A model generated the notes under the pieces. The model saw nothing but the letters and a program-made list of their open reading frames with translations, had not been told where the DNA came from and did not search any database. Shown here in pieces: positions 29,982 through 32,000 of a stretch of DNA of 32,000 nt. The translations under genes and the position numbers were made by a program. Each line of letters starts with the position of its first letter. The first letter of the stretch is position 1. Source of the stretch: Nitrosopumilaceae archaeon (lineage in GTDB: Archaea; Thermoproteota; Nitrososphaeria; Nitrososphaerales; Nitrosopumilaceae). The DNA is taken from positions 21,886-53,885 of the forward strand of contig JBBDNF010000013.1 of NCBI GenBank assembly GCA_040877685.1. The letters run 5' to 3'.

Positions 29982-32000
29982 TTAACCGTAAAACGTCTTG
30001 TCAATTGGTTTTGGTATGGCATACGATATATTCTCTTTTATTGTTCCATACCATTCGTCCACACTCTTTGTTATAGAAGGTTTGACGCGTTTTAGTCCAG
30101 CTGCAAAGTCTGTGCTTCCTATTTTAGCAGAGTCATTTTGCATAGCATGTACTGCAGCTTCTCTGCATATGGCTACAAGATCAGCACCACTGTAACTCTT
30201 TGTAGCAACTGCAATCTCATTTAGGTCTACATCACTAGAAAGTGGCATTGTGCGAGTTAGAATCTTGATTATCTCAAGCCTTCCTTTTTCATCAGGGGGT
30301 TGTATATACAAGATTAGATCTAATCTGCCAGGTCGTAGAAGTGAAGTATCCAGCAGATCGGGTCTATTTGATATTCCGACTACAACGACTCTAGAAGCCC
30401 CACCGTCTTCCATCTCAGTTAAGAGCTGACTCAAAAGTCTCTCACCTACTCCACCATCTTCACCAGATTTTGCTCTAGCCAAGGAGTCAAGCTCATCAAA
30501 TATTACAATACATGGGGAAGATGCCTTTGCTTTTCTAAAAATCTCTCTTATTGCCTTTTCTGATTCTCCAACCCACTTTGACAAGATTTCAGGACCTCGT
30601 ACAAAAATCATATTTGCTCCACTTTCTGTTGCAAGTGCCCTTGCAAGTAACGTCTTTCCACATCCTGGCGGACCATAAAGTAATGCACCTTTCGGAGGTT
30701 TGATTCCCATCTTTTGGAATTTGGCAGGTTCCTTTATTGCAATAATTAAGTTGTCGTGTAGTGTTCTTTTTGAGTCGGCCAATCCCCCAACATCTTTCCA
30801 CCACACCTTTGGGCTTTCTACATAGAATTCCCTCATCGCAGTGGGCACAATTTCATGCATTGCATCGTAAAAGTCTTGTAGACGTATTCTCATTGACTGC
30901 AAAACATCAGATGAGATCTTTTCCGTCTCAAGATCAATTTCTGGCAAGTAATTTCTAAGAGCCTTCATAGCTGCTTCTCTGCATAGCGATTTAATGTCAG
31001 CTCCAGTATAGCCGTGGAGTTCTGCTGCTAGTATTTTCAAATCCACATCTTCGGCAAGCGGCATTCCTCTTGTATGAATATGAAGTATCTCCAGTCTTTC
31101 ATCTGCATTTGGCACAGAAATTTCAATCTCTCTATCAAATCGTCCAGGCCTTCTCAAAGCTGGGTCTACACTTTCTGGCCTGTTTGTTGCACCTAAGACA
31201 ATGACATTTCCTCGTTCAGTAAGTCCATCCATCAAAGCTAAAAGCTGTGCCACAACTCTTTTTTCTACATCACCATATGCTTCTTCTCTTTTTGGAGCAA
31301 TTGCATCAATTTCATCTATGAATATCACACTAGGAGAATTTTCTTTTGCTTCTTTGAATATGTCACGAAGCCTTGCCTCCGTTTCTCCGTAATACTTGTT
31401 CATTATCTCTGGTCCATTTATAGAATAAAAGTTGGCTTCTGATTCACTTGCAAGTACTTTTGCAATCAAAGTTTTTCCACATCCTGGTGGACCATATAAC
31501 AGAATTCCGCTGTGTGGTTCGATTCCCAATCGATTGAAGACCTCTGGATGTCGAAGCGGCAGTTCTACAATTTCTCTCATCCTCTTTGTCTGTCCTTTGA
31601 GTCCTCCGATTTCTTCATATGTTACACGAATCTTTTTGTCAACTGATGTTTCAGTTAGAATTGTAAGAGTTGTTCCGCGCTCTATCTTGACTACACTTTT
31701 TGGCGAGATTTTATGAATTTTAAAGTCTATTGAGTTTCCAAGAATCATTACAGAGATTTCATCACCCTCAGAAAGTGGCAATCCCTTGAGTCTGTTCTTT
31801 ACAAAATCAGTGAACTCTTTGTCTACTGTAACATTGCCGTTTACAGGCATCAATACTACGCTCTTTGCAGGCTTGGCCACAATCTTTCTTACATTAACAA
31901 GGTCGTTTATTGCAACACCGACGTTCTTTCGTGTCTGACCGTCGATTCGTATCATATCAGGCGACTTGTCATCGTCGTCTGTGGGCCACACTATTGCACA
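29982..32000 (-). CDS. cdc48: Cdc48/VCP-like AAA+ ATPase (two AAA domains), N-terminus cut by the right window edge
   Basis: It has two Walker A 'GPPGCGKT' and two Walker B 'IFIDEID'/'VIFDELD' motifs and part of the N-domain ('[13 protein letters not shown]'). The frame is open to nt 32000. The C-terminus is '...KTFYG'. Confidence 0.93.
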   Translation of the reverse strand, partial: CAIVWPTDDDDKSPDMIRIDGQTRKNVGVAINDLVNVRKIVAKPAKSVVLMPVNGNVTVDKEFTDFVKNRLKGLPLSEGDEISVMILGNSIDFKIHKISPKSVVKIERGTTLTILTETSVDKKIRVTYEEIGGLKGQTKRMREIVELPLRHPEVFNRLGIEPHSGILLYGPPGCGKTLIAKVLASESEANFYSINGPEIMNKYYGETEARLRDIFKEAKENSPSVIFIDEIDAIAPKREEAYGDVEKRVVAQLLALMDGLTERGNVIVLGATNRPESVDPALRRPGRFDREIEISVPNADERLEILHIHTRGMPLAEDVDLKILAAELHGYTGADIKSLCREAAMKALRNYLPEIDLETEKISSDVLQSMRIRLQDFYDAMHEIVPTAMREFYVESPKVWWKDVGGLADSKRTLHDNLIIAIKEPAKFQKMGIKPPKGALLYGPPGCGKTLLARALATESGANMIFVRGPEILSKWVGESEKAIREIFRKAKASSPCIVIFDELDSLARAKSGEDGGVGERLLSQLLTEMEDGGASRVVVVGISNRPDLLDTSLLRPGRLDLILYIQPPDEKGRLEIIKILTRTMPLSSDVDLNEIAVATKSYSGADLVAICREAAVHAMQNDSAKIGSTDFAAGLKRVKPSITKSVDEWYGTIKENISYAIPKPIDKTFYG

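Noticed and set aside
1-32000. Search for tRNA, rRNA, CRISPR repeats, IS elements, integrases or long direct/inverted repeats
   Set aside because: No T-loop/acceptor-stem cloverleaf, no spaced direct repeats, no transposase- or integrase-like ORFs and no rRNA-like GC-rich blocks were seen by eye. A computational scan (tRNAscan-SE, a CRISPR finder, self-dotplot) would be needed to exclude short or degenerate cases.

Overview
AT-rich, very gene-dense archaeal chromosome segment. No rRNA, tRNA, CRISPR array, transposase or integrase was seen. The gene content suggests a Nitrosopumilales-type thaumarchaeon (inference): aEF-2, Rpo7/Spt4, PurP, TatAC, a nurA-herA-mre11-rad50 operon, split proline dehydrogenase/P5C dehydrogenase, nadX-nadA-nadC, an Mrp/NBP35 Fe-S carrier, GTP-dependent dephospho-CoA kinase, H+-pyrophosphatase, a polytopic membrane-anchored cupredoxin, heme O synthase and Cdc48. 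Most of the window is housekeeping.

Many genes have a TATA-like box about 26 nt upstream of the start codon, which implies leaderless mRNAs. I used this spacing to refine several start codons and to support ORFs below the 60-aa cutoff of the ORF track.

Main hunt results:
1. A half-size HEAT-repeat protein (9927..10415) carries two His-Glu dyads in deoxyhypusine-hydroxylase-like contexts. It is a candidate for the missing archaeal DOHH.
2. At least six short ORFs with metal-binding Cys/His patterns are absent from the track. Two are paralogous C2H2 fingers, and one of these heads a tightly coupled ZnF-GYD-MsrB tricistron (4257..5090).
3. The 630-bp gap at 3167..3795 next to a stand-alone GIY-YIG nuclease holds a zinc-ribbon, a Cys-rich and a basic micro-ORF.
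4. A canonical-looking C/D box sRNA (23768..23828) starts 3 nt after the dephospho-CoA kinase stop codon.
5. A 62-nt stem-enclosed RNA candidate (5231..5292) has correctly spaced TATA boxes on both sides.
6. Cdc48 ends in an HbYX motif (FYG) and is followed 3 nt later by a small acidic orphan that could be an adaptor.

All functional calls rest on motifs read by eye. No database search was run.
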